This document shows, piece by piece, positions 48,783 to 57,079 of a DNA stretch of 64,000 nt. Where the stretch lies: the sequence record MN988522.1; one strand, written 5' to 3'. Position 1 is the stretch's first letter. Every line of letters begins with the position of its first letter. Below the pieces are notes generated by a model. That model searched no databases. It was not told where the DNA came from and saw only the letters and a program-made list of their open reading frames with translations. Position numbers and translations under genes: made by a program.

Positions 48783-49533
48783 TTCTAACAGACTCTGCGG
48801 ATTGACGAAAGGGAAATATCAAATCATTGATATCCTCCATCGCCAAATGGTTATCCGCACCACAATGACTACATTTAGTTTCGATTGATTGTCTGCCAAG
48901 ATACATCATCTTGTCTACGTAATTGAGCATATCAAGAAGATCGCCAGTAGCGTTCTCGATAATGCCCTTTGCTGTACTATAAGGCAGGTTACTTACAGAT
49001 CTCGCGAAAATCTCGAGACCTTTATCCTCGTCTTCATCTTCATCAAAGTCGATCTTCAGATAGTTACCGACTGAGAGTGGCATAATGTGTAAATCAATGT
49101 CATCTCCGACAGGGATCACAGCAGGTAGTGCTGGAACTTGAATATCGGAGAATTCAATATTTGACAATTCATGTGTTTGAGAATTTGATTCTTCGCACGA
49201 ATTGCATCTAAATCTGCTGGTAAACTTAGTATGGGAGAATGAAGAGATCTTTCTCAGAGATGAGACATAGAGAAAATCGTAATACGACAGATCGTTCTTA
49301 TCGAATCCCTCTGTAGTAATGCCGTCCAGTACGAATAGGAATCGATCTCGTAAGCTCAATTTGGATGAGCTGAACTTCTGAAGTTCACCGTAAGTGAATG
49401 GAACATACTTAACGGTCGAGCCCTTCGGGTATGGAAGGAACTTGGATGGCAGATCTCTTACTTGAATAATAGGTAGATGTGACTTATCAGATGCTGCTTT
49501 AGTTAAGTCAGCTAAATTGTCTATGACTTTCAT
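48748..49533 (-). CDS. Baseplate hub assembly / tail assembly chaperone (gp26-like)
   Basis: LPSKFLPY, DFLYV..LRKIS, CNSC and CSHC zinc knuckles; directly upstream of the tape measure gene. Confidence 0.7.
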   Translation of the reverse strand: MKVIDNLADLTKAASDKSHLPIIQVRDLPSKFLPYPKGSTVKYVPFTYGELQKFSSSKLSLRDRFLFVLDGITTEGFDKNDLSYYDFLYVSSLRKISSFSHTKFTSRFRCNSCEESNSQTHELSNIEFSDIQVPALPAVIPVGDDIDLHIMPLSVGNYLKIDFDEDEDEDKGLEIFARSVSNLPYSTAKGIIENATGDLLDMLNYVDKMMYLGRQSIETKCSHCGADNHLAMEDINDLIFPFRQSAESVRNVVRFGILPER

Positions 49534-49558
49534 TTCTGTTTATCCTCTAGAAATAGCG

Positions 49559-50044
49559 TTAGCTATCTTGATGCCCTACAACGTTGAATGCAACAGAGTA
49601 GAGCTTTAAATCTGCTTGTGAGTTCAAAGATTCCTGAACATTACCATCTGGGTAAGCAAAGTATGTAGTTGACTTAATGATATTCTTCTTAGTATCCAAC
49701 TTACACACGATAATCTCTCTGGCAGCATCGTCAATGCACATAACGCCATCAGAGTCGTCGTAGATTTCATCGTGCCATGCTTGTAACCATGTTGATAATG
49801 ATTTCTTAACATTATCTGCAAATGTCATCTGAAGTTCAGGAGTCGAACTATTTTGAGGAAACTTGTACTGCTTGAGAAAGAATGGAGTAGTGAATGAAGA
49901 ACTAAAGATTCTATTCTCAGTAATATCAACTGCAGGAAACCATGCGTTGAAAGGTGATGGTGCAGAGGGAATACGAATATCCCAGAGGTTAGTCGTACCC
50001 CACTGCACTTCACGTAGTTGATCAATGGACTTGAGGAATGGCAT
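49559..50044 (-). CDS. Tail tube-like protein 2
   Basis: Tube-fold pattern (W..W..I, TTYFAYP) paralogous to the adjacent tube gene. Confidence 0.6.
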   Translation of the reverse strand: MPFLKSIDQLREVQWGTTNLWDIRIPSAPSPFNAWFPAVDITENRIFSSSFTTPFFLKQYKFPQNSSTPELQMTFADNVKKSLSTWLQAWHDEIYDDSDGVMCIDDAAREIIVCKLDTKKNIIKSTTYFAYPDGNVQESLNSQADLKLYSVAFNVVGHQDS

Positions 50045-50076
50045 TGGATAATCTCCTTATGACATTCCTCGTCGCA

Positions 50077-50604
50077 TTATAGAGGAGTGTCTTCAAAGTA
50101 ATCATACGAGATAGTGAGCGTAGGCTTCAGGATGTCCGCAGACTGACCCTGAAGCTGACCACCAGCATCGTAATCTTCTAGATAACAACCAAGTAGGTTG
50201 TACTCCCAGATGGGAACGTCTCTACGGTTGAGACGTTCGATCTTAATCATGCATTCAACCTGAGATTTCTCTTGCTGAACACCTGTCTTCGTTTCAGAGC
50301 AGATTTCTCTCCAGTTACGAATGAACGTAGAGATCTTGTTGTCGACCGATTCGTTCATTGTAAGAGTAATCGTACCAGAAGGTAGATAGAGACCTGGCTG
50401 CTTAACGCGATGACCTCGGATCATGATTTCAGTTGATGTACCAGTCGACTTAGGAATGTCGGTTGATTCACAACGTAAGTTCAGATCCTGAAAGGTTACA
50501 GTTCTAGCTAAAGCTCTCGGAAACGTGACGAATGTCAAGTTCCAGTTAACTGTAGTAGCCCAGTCACCTACATTTCTAACATTTTCAATAGTTGGACGAG
50601 CCAT
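50077..50604 (-). CDS. Tail tube protein (gp19-like)
   Basis: LRCESTDIP..IRGHRVKQPG..ITLT..NWRE..LTISYDYF; follows the sheath. Confidence 0.85.
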   Translation of the reverse strand: MARPTIENVRNVGDWATTVNWNLTFVTFPRALARTVTFQDLNLRCESTDIPKSTGTSTEIMIRGHRVKQPGLYLPSGTITLTMNESVDNKISTFIRNWREICSETKTGVQQEKSQVECMIKIERLNRRDVPIWEYNLLGCYLEDYDAGGQLQGQSADILKPTLTISYDYFEDTPL

Positions 50605-50618
50605 CTTATATTATCTCC

Positions 50619-52448
50619 TTAAACTGCTGCCTGAGCAAGCTTAAATTCAGTACCCTTACGAGTAACGATAAGCGAGCATGGGATTTCTTCAACAGATTCA
50701 ACAGGCTTAATAAAGACGTCAACAATTAGCTTGTGATTACTAATATCATCGTCGCTATTGTTATCGGTATCGCACTGTACTCTGTACTCATAGATACCTC
50801 TTCTCGAGACGTACGATTCGAGTGCAGCAGATACCATTGATCTGACGAGAGATCTTGTAGTATCGTCGTTGACTTCGAATAGGAATTCTTCGAGAGCTTC
50901 CTTGAGAGAAGGCTCGATTGAGATGAGAAGTAGTCTTGTATTGAGACGATCCAGAGTCGAAGGAGTAGCAAGAAGTGTCTTCTGCCCCCATACAACGATA
51001 CCTCTACCAGGAGCGAATCTGAGAGGATTGATACCGTTATCGTACAGGTAGTCCATCTCACCCTTGGTGAATCTGCGACGAACATCGATAACGTTTAGAA
51101 CACCTCTACGGAAACCAGCAACTGGGAACCATAGTTCATAGTTGTCTGCAGTTTCAGATACGAGACCTGCTACGAAACCGTCTGGAGAGACATAAAGATC
51201 ACGGTCGTTGTAACGATCGTAAATCTTGACGTGAGTCGTATAAATTGCAGCATATGATGAATTAGCATTCAGAGTGTAATTCTTGTATGCAACGATCTGA
51301 TTCAGATAGTCACTATCATCTTCTGCAGAATAAGGTGTTGAGAGAATAGCTACACAATCCATTCTGGCTGTGCAGATATCAATCATTGCCTTATGATAGT
51401 TGACAGTAGCACGACCACCGTCAATCAGAAGAGTCATCGGATTGCTGTCAGGATTAGCTAGAGTCTGGAGAGCCAGAATACAATCACTGTCAGTTGCAGC
51501 AGAACCATCAGCACCACCTACAATTGCTAGTGCAACAGCTTGATCCTTGATCGCTCCAGTAACAGAGGGATTATCTACTGCTCTAATATAATTGGACGAT
51601 GCTAGAACATCTTCCAGATAGATATTATTGTTGTAGCCATCCTTGGTACCAGGAGTCTTCGAGCAGATGAAGGATTCAACATACGTATTCATATTGTCTT
51701 TCTTGAAGACCTGAATAGCGAATGTACCTGTCTGTCTTGTGAACTCAGTGGCTGGACGAATCGAGAAAGTACCACTACCTGCAGTTGTTAGTACGATTGC
51801 AGTACCAGCTACAGCTAGATCTGCAGAAGCAGCAAGCTTAATAGTGGTAGCAGATACTCTGATTGCAAAGTAGGTCGTAGCTGAATCAAGAGGAGCAGGA
51901 AGCGTTGCTGTAGAACTTAATCTAACAGGATATCCTGTACCCCAGTCTTGTGTTACTGTCCAGATACCTGTACCTTGAACAACTGTCGCAGTTTCAAGAG
52001 CTTTGTAATTAAAGATTTTGATACGTAGATCGTTGTTCCATGCTCCAGGGTTAGAACCTACAATCGTGAACGATTCAGTGCTAAAAGAGTGAGCATCAAC
52101 ATCGACTTCACCAGCTGAGAATGAAGAGTTAGCCGTAGCATTAGATGCTGGCTCGACCTTCAGACCACCAGTCAACATGCCTGTAGTGCTAGGTCTAACT
52201 GTCCAGACTTTATTACTCTTCTGGAGAGCAGCTAGAACTGAATAGTGAGCATTGTCAAAACCTACTCCAACAGTCTCGTTAGGAGTAAACGTCTTTAGAA
52301 ATTGAGTATCAGAAGTACTTAGGACTGCCTTATTAACAGGACCCTTCTTAGCTCCAGGAACAACTACACCGATGTACAGTCCAGGGAAACTAGGAACTCT
52401 AGTACTTATATCAATTTCTTTAATTTGTGCATAAGGAGCTGCCATCAT
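50619..52448 (-). CDS. Tail sheath protein (gp18-like)
   Basis: LWFPVAGFRRG..GINP..VVWGQKTL..DRLNTRLL..FLFEVND. Confidence 0.95.
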   Translation of the reverse strand: MMAAPYAQIKEIDISTRVPSFPGLYIGVVVPGAKKGPVNKAVLSTSDTQFLKTFTPNETVGVGFDNAHYSVLAALQKSNKVWTVRPSTTGMLTGGLKVEPASNATANSSFSAGEVDVDAHSFSTESFTIVGSNPGAWNNDLRIKIFNYKALETATVVQGTGIWTVTQDWGTGYPVRLSSTATLPAPLDSATTYFAIRVSATTIKLAASADLAVAGTAIVLTTAGSGTFSIRPATEFTRQTGTFAIQVFKKDNMNTYVESFICSKTPGTKDGYNNNIYLEDVLASSNYIRAVDNPSVTGAIKDQAVALAIVGGADGSAATDSDCILALQTLANPDSNPMTLLIDGGRATVNYHKAMIDICTARMDCVAILSTPYSAEDDSDYLNQIVAYKNYTLNANSSYAAIYTTHVKIYDRYNDRDLYVSPDGFVAGLVSETADNYELWFPVAGFRRGVLNVIDVRRRFTKGEMDYLYDNGINPLRFAPGRGIVVWGQKTLLATPSTLDRLNTRLLLISIEPSLKEALEEFLFEVNDDTTRSLVRSMVSAALESYVSRRGIYEYRVQCDTDNNSDDDISNHKLIVDVFIKPVESVEEIPCSLIVTRKGTEFKLAQAAV

Positions 52449-52465
52449 TATCTCCGTTGGTATAC

Positions 52466-52660
52466 TTAGAAGCGTACGAAGCTAATGGCGCTAGGTAGCT
52501 CTTCTTCAATCAACTCTTCGGTCAAATCTAAGGCATTCCCTCTTGCAGGAATGAAAATATTAGTAGAGTCGTACTTAAGTGTAATAGGGTAGTCTGCTCT
52601 AGAATAGAGGTTGATCTTAGTCAACTTCTTGTCTAGAGATGATTCATTCTTATCAGCCAT
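52466..52660 (-). CDS. Small hypothetical tail-associated protein
   Basis: Fills the gap between terminator-like and sheath genes. Confidence 0.55.
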   Translation of the reverse strand: MADKNESSLDKKLTKINLYSRADYPITLKYDSTNIFIPARGNALDLTEELIEEELPSAISFVRF

Positions 52661-52661
52661 T

Positions 52662-53297
52662 TTAACCTCTGATGATATCGTTACTTAGCAATTCACTTTC
52701 AGAAGTGTATATATTGCTACGGATTTCGTTAATGAGAGGAGTGTCACCTATGAACGAGAGGAAGCGACCTCGAATAGTACAAGACCCTGTTAGAGACTTG
52801 TATGCCGTACCGTCCATATTAAGAACCATATCTTCCAATGGATAATTCCATGTAATATAATATGGCCATACTCCGTATTCACCTACATCGACGTCAAGCT
52901 GAATATTCTCGTTGAGAGATTCTTGAGAGCAATACATAATCTCGAATCTTTCAATCTCTGCCATATCCTTCGATACGTATAGAAATCTAAAATCAAAGTT
53001 ACAGTCTGCTATTCTCAATGACTTAGCGTCATCTGTAGTACCGATACGATTATATGCTAGTCTTTGAGTTCGACTACCTAACTGTTCATTTCGTAAAACA
53101 GATCTATTATAAGCAAGAAGAGGTAGAGTCTTTCTCTCACTATCCTTCTCGTTATAATTCTTGTCCATTCTGGAGAGTGATGCACTTCTTGAGAAAGTTA
53201 ATTCAGGATCATATACAGAGTGCTTAATTCCATACTCATCCATGAATTTAGTTTTCAATGCTTTCACAACCATTGCTACAGTACTAACAACTTCCAT
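52662..53297 (-). CDS. Tail terminator/completion protein (gp15-like)
   Basis: LPLLAYNRS..FDFRF pattern and synteny. Confidence 0.5.
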   Translation of the reverse strand: MEVVSTVAMVVKALKTKFMDEYGIKHSVYDPELTFSRSASLSRMDKNYNEKDSERKTLPLLAYNRSVLRNEQLGSRTQRLAYNRIGTTDDAKSLRIADCNFDFRFLYVSKDMAEIERFEIMYCSQESLNENIQLDVDVGEYGVWPYYITWNYPLEDMVLNMDGTAYKSLTGSCTIRGRFLSFIGDTPLINEIRSNIYTSESELLSNDIIRG

Positions 53298-53719
53298 CAG
53301 TCTGATTCTCCTAGATTTGTCAACTTAAATCTTTTGAGGATTTTAGTTGTGATACCTAGAATCTCAGTACCTAGTACTTGGAAAGTTATCTTCTCACCAT
53401 CTTCTCTTGTCAACGATACGAGATCGCCGTCAATAATATCGTACATACAGTACATATACCCGATATCGTCGAACCACCCTCCTTCGTATGAAGTAGCGAT
53501 TCGCCATTGAGACGTACTCATCAGAATTTTAGTCGTACTTAGAACGTCGACATCCGATGTACCCGCATGAGTACCGTAAACATCATCTTCGAGTCTTGGA
53601 ATCTTTCGAGAGATCTCGCAATCGATACCTTGAATCGCAATCAGCATAGGAAAGTGAGCTTGATAATAAATCCTAGAGAGCTTCTCTGAAGATTTAAACA
53701 TCTGGATAGGGTCAGACAT
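53297..53719 (-). CDS. Head closure/neck protein (gp14-like)
   Basis: Synteny; DDVYG..DGDLV pattern. Confidence 0.45.
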   Translation of the reverse strand: MSDPIQMFKSSEKLSRIYYQAHFPMLIAIQGIDCEISRKIPRLEDDVYGTHAGTSDVDVLSTTKILMSTSQWRIATSYEGGWFDDIGYMYCMYDIIDGDLVSLTREDGEKITFQVLGTEILGITTKILKRFKLTNLGESD

Positions 53720-53720
53720 C

Positions 53721-54368
53721 TTATCCTCCTATCGCATAATACCATGAATTTGTATCTGAGATAGACTGTTCGATTTCGGAAACGATTTGTTGACCTTCAG
53801 AGATGAGCTCATTTGAGTCCATCTGGATAGGGAAATCTTGAGATGTGAATGCTCTTCTAGATCTGCCGAGAGATAGTAGAAAATTGCCCTTGATATGAGT
53901 GAGGAGTTTATACTCAGACTCATCCAAATCAGGAATATCAACGTCTACAATCTTCTTATCGTCTACCGTATCAAATTCAATCGTGAATTTATACTTGAAG
54001 TGAGCTGTAATCTCAACTTCAGAAGCATTAGCGACATGAAGTTTACCTTCATCCTCGTTGTACTGAAATACTACAGGTATCAATTCTAAGTTAGCACCTA
54101 TATTAAAGATACCAAAGTTAGCAGGGATACCTGTAGGATAGACTCTAGAAATCCAGGAAGGCTTCTCGTCGGGAGGGAATACATAAGGCGTAGAAGGAAT
54201 ATAACGATATAACTTCTTCGTAATAGGCTTATGCTTTTCGTAATACTTTAGACTACGCTTTACAATAAGCCAGAATCTATTCATATCGAAGTTGATAAGA
54301 CTGATATCACCGACGATGAATTGTCCTGTTTCAAGTAACATATAGTCAATTATCTCGGTGAGTTTCAT
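53721..54368 (-). CDS. Neck/adaptor protein (gp13-like)
   Basis: IKGNFLLSLGRSRRAF..IQMDSNELISEGQQ resembles the gp13 C-terminus. Confidence 0.6.
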   Translation of the reverse strand: MKLTEIIDYMLLETGQFIVGDISLINFDMNRFWLIVKRSLKYYEKHKPITKKLYRYIPSTPYVFPPDEKPSWISRVYPTGIPANFGIFNIGANLELIPVVFQYNEDEGKLHVANASEVEITAHFKYKFTIEFDTVDDKKIVDVDIPDLDESEYKLLTHIKGNFLLSLGRSRRAFTSQDFPIQMDSNELISEGQQIVSEIEQSISDTNSWYYAIGG

Positions 54369-54370
54369 TA

Positions 54371-54688
54371 TCAGTCATCCTCGTCGTCTGAATCAACTTC
54401 TTCAGTGTAGGATACGCCAGCATCATCGAGCTTAGACTTCAGAGTTTCATAGAAGCTCTGAGCATCTTCAACACTCATCTTGACAACGCAGTCATAGATT
54501 CCAAGTTCTCCTGTATCGTCAACAGAAGCTAGCTGATCAGCTACCCAGTCTTCAATCTCTTCAGGAGCATCTTCCATTGAATCAACAATATTCTCGCATG
54601 CGATAGCGATCGCATCCAGTGTATCTTCATCATCTTCAACGATGGCATTAGGATACACCTTGTTAAGTAGTTCACTAGAACGCGACAT
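54371..54688 (-). CDS. Small acidic protein with candidate capsid-targeting N-terminus
   Basis: GGAG-6nt-ATG at 54688 gives MSRSSELLNKVYPNAIVEDD. Confidence 0.65.
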   Translation of the reverse strand: MSRSSELLNKVYPNAIVEDDEDTLDAIAIACENIVDSMEDAPEEIEDWVADQLASVDDTGELGIYDCVVKMSVEDAQSFYETLKSKLDDAGVSYTEEVDSDDEDD

Positions 54689-54700
54689 TCTAATCTCCAA

Positions 54701-55207
54701 TTACTTCAAAATCTTCATCTGAACAAGTCTGCCTGTAAGCGTCATAAGATGCTTACACATACCAGGAGCATGTTCTTTATTACGTTCAGGGTAATTCGTA
54801 GTTTTACGTACGTATGGCTTCATTGGAGGACCTGACAATGTCTTGTTCTCCTTATTCCAGTATCCCCATGTATAATAAAAGTCGTCACAAGTACAACGTA
54901 CCTGAGCACGAGCTTTTCTCATATCAATCTGCTTAGCGAACTTATATTCACCATCACCTAAACTGACAGTCAATGGAAATTCAGCTGATTGCATATCTGA
55001 ATACTGAACATCGAAGATCGTCATCGTCAACGAGTACAGCTTAGTGCTCTGAGCGAGAGCTTTGACAGACAGTGTCTTGTTATTGATGACAGGTGTCATG
55101 TCGACGATCGAGACTTTTCTCTTATCGCCAGTAGCATGACCAAGTACGTCCTTACCTTTAGTCAACTCGAACAGAGTAGCTTGAATTTTAGGAGTCTTAT
55201 CTGCCAT
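54701..55207 (-). CDS. SWIM-type zinc-finger protein
   Basis: VRCTCDDF...MCKHL motif. Confidence 0.6.
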   Translation of the reverse strand: MADKTPKIQATLFELTKGKDVLGHATGDKRKVSIVDMTPVINNKTLSVKALAQSTKLYSLTMTIFDVQYSDMQSAEFPLTVSLGDGEYKFAKQIDMRKARAQVRCTCDDFYYTWGYWNKENKTLSGPPMKPYVRKTTNYPERNKEHAPGMCKHLMTLTGRLVQMKILK

Positions 55208-55217
55208 CTATGAGACC

Positions 55218-55553
55218 TTACTTCTTGTTCTCAGCTGCTTTCTTAGCAGCTTCTTCGTCAGCTTTCTTCTTAGCTGCAGATGCTTCATCGGCCTTCTTCT
55301 TAGATTCAGCAGCTAGTCTCTCTGCTTCTTCCTTAGCCTTCTTAGCATTAGCTGCTGCCTTCTCTACTTCTTCCTTGCTAGGCATAGGCTCAAGTACGAG
55401 ATCGAAATCCTTGACATAATCCTGAAGCACTAGATATTCTTCATTAGAGATATTCTCCTTGGAAGTCTTAGACTCAAGATAGAATACAAGTCCGAGATCT
55501 GGACGGTTGAAGAATAGTGCACCTGCAGAATTATTAGTTAGTTTATAAGCCAT
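55218..55553 (-). CDS. Hypothetical protein with Lys/Ala/Glu-rich C-terminal tail
   Basis: KAAANAKKAKEEAERLAAESKKKADEASAAKKKADEEAAKKAA low-complexity tail. Confidence 0.65.
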   Translation of the reverse strand: MAYKLTNNSAGALFFNRPDLGLVFYLESKTSKENISNEEYLVLQDYVKDFDLVLEPMPSKEEVEKAAANAKKAKEEAERLAAESKKKADEASAAKKKADEEAAKKAAENKK

Positions 55554-55608
55554 AATAAATCCTCTATTTTATATTCAGAATGAGTAGCAATCTACTTATT
55601 ATAAATAT

Positions 55609-55640
55609 AAAGAATGAGGTGGATCTTTCGACCCACCTCA
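55609..55640 (-). terminator. Intrinsic terminator after major capsid gene
   Basis: Minus strand TGAGGTGGGTC-GAAA-GATCCACCTCA followed by TTCTTT. Confidence 0.8.
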
Positions 55641-55646
55641 CTAAAA

Positions 55647-57059
55647 TTATGCCGTAATCGTGATCTTCGTGATGAAGTTCGGTACGAGAACGTCGATAGC
55701 AGCCCATACTGCAGCAGCACGCTGGTTGATGAGCGGGTTAACGCCACCAGGTAGAGCTGAAGTAACAACGAGCGGCATGTACGGAGCGTACACGAGTGCA
55801 GACTCGAACGGAGATACTGCATTGTACATGCAGAGGATGGTGTCTGCGTTCAGAACGTTACCGTTAGGAACACGAACAACAGTCATACCGTCAAGAGTAC
55901 CGAAGATGTGAGGACCAATGGTCGAACCATCAGAGATCTTCACGAATCCAGGAAGCGTCTGGATGATAGCTGCAGCGTTACGTCCAGCGATCATGACGTT
56001 AACAGTACCACGACCAGCTACTGAGAGGATGTTAGCTTCTGCAACAGAGAGCTGATCCTTCAGAGACTGCTTGTGTTCGAAGTACGATACACCATCAGGT
56101 GCAGTCTTCGACCAGTTAACGTTACCGATAGCCTTAGCAGCTAGCTGAGCGATACCTGTGTTAACAGTTTCAGCGTTGATAGCTGATACGAGGTCTGTAG
56201 CAACTTCGTCTTCAGCGATCATGCCGAAACGACGACGTAGAGCATATGACTGCTCAAGACCGATGGTATCCTTCAGAGCGAATACGCGAGCATTAACGCT
56301 CTTCGTATCGAGCTTGAAGAGGATCTTCGGAATATCGGTCGAAGCTTCGAAGTCCGTAGCGAAGGTTAGAACAATGTTCTTACCAGCGGTAGGGTTAGCA
56401 GCGAAGTTAAGTACTACAGCACCAGTCGTGTAGTTAACGGTACCAGAGATACCGCGACCTAGGATATTACCCAGACCGTCATCGATACATGCTGGTAGAC
56501 CAGTTACAGTTGTTTCAACTGTCAGCGATCCTGGACGAATCGGAGGATTCGAGATCGTGATGTTGTAAGCAAGCTGTGCATCAACAGTAACAACTGGAGC
56601 CATCGTTAGACGGTCACCAGCGAAGCCCTGAGGAGCTACCTGTTCGATGTCAGTCGCACCAGCGATCATCTGACCTGCAGTAACGTTACCACGAGTCGTC
56701 TGAGCGATGACGTTCTTGTAGTATACGGTACCGCGTTCTTCATCGATCGGCTGAACCGATGCGATAGCTGAAAGTGGCGATGTACCATAAGCTACAGTGA
56801 TAACGTCGAATGCAACGTTAGGGATCTTACCTAGCTGAGCTAGTGTACCGTCTTCTTCGCAGAGAGCCTTATAGACTTCGAAAGATTCGAGCTGCTTACC
56901 AAGAGCGTATACGTCCTGAGCAGTGATCGAACGAACCTTCGAAAGTACAGATTTACTTTCAAGAGACTCAACGAAGGTACGGTACTGCTTGAGATAACGC
57001 TCAGCGTCCTTCTCAACCTTCTGACCCTTCAGTTGTTCAGCAATAGAGATGTCACTCAT
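55647..57059 (-). CDS. Major capsid protein (T4 gp23-like)
   Basis: IASVQPI..GTVYY, SVNARVFALK...LEQSYAL..AEIN-like region, YAPYMPL; probable cleaved N-terminal leader. Confidence 0.93.
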   Translation of the reverse strand: MSDISIAEQLKGQKVEKDAERYLKQYRTFVESLESKSVLSKVRSITAQDVYALGKQLESFEVYKALCEEDGTLAQLGKIPNVAFDVITVAYGTSPLSAIASVQPIDEERGTVYYKNVIAQTTRGNVTAGQMIAGATDIEQVAPQGFAGDRLTMAPVVTVDAQLAYNITISNPPIRPGSLTVETTVTGLPACIDDGLGNILGRGISGTVNYTTGAVVLNFAANPTAGKNIVLTFATDFEASTDIPKILFKLDTKSVNARVFALKDTIGLEQSYALRRRFGMIAEDEVATDLVSAINAETVNTGIAQLAAKAIGNVNWSKTAPDGVSYFEHKQSLKDQLSVAEANILSVAGRGTVNVMIAGRNAAAIIQTLPGFVKISDGSTIGPHIFGTLDGMTVVRVPNGNVLNADTILCMYNAVSPFESALVYAPYMPLVVTSALPGGVNPLINQRAAAVWAAIDVLVPNFITKITITA

Positions 57060-57079
57060 TATTTTGTATTCCTATTAAA

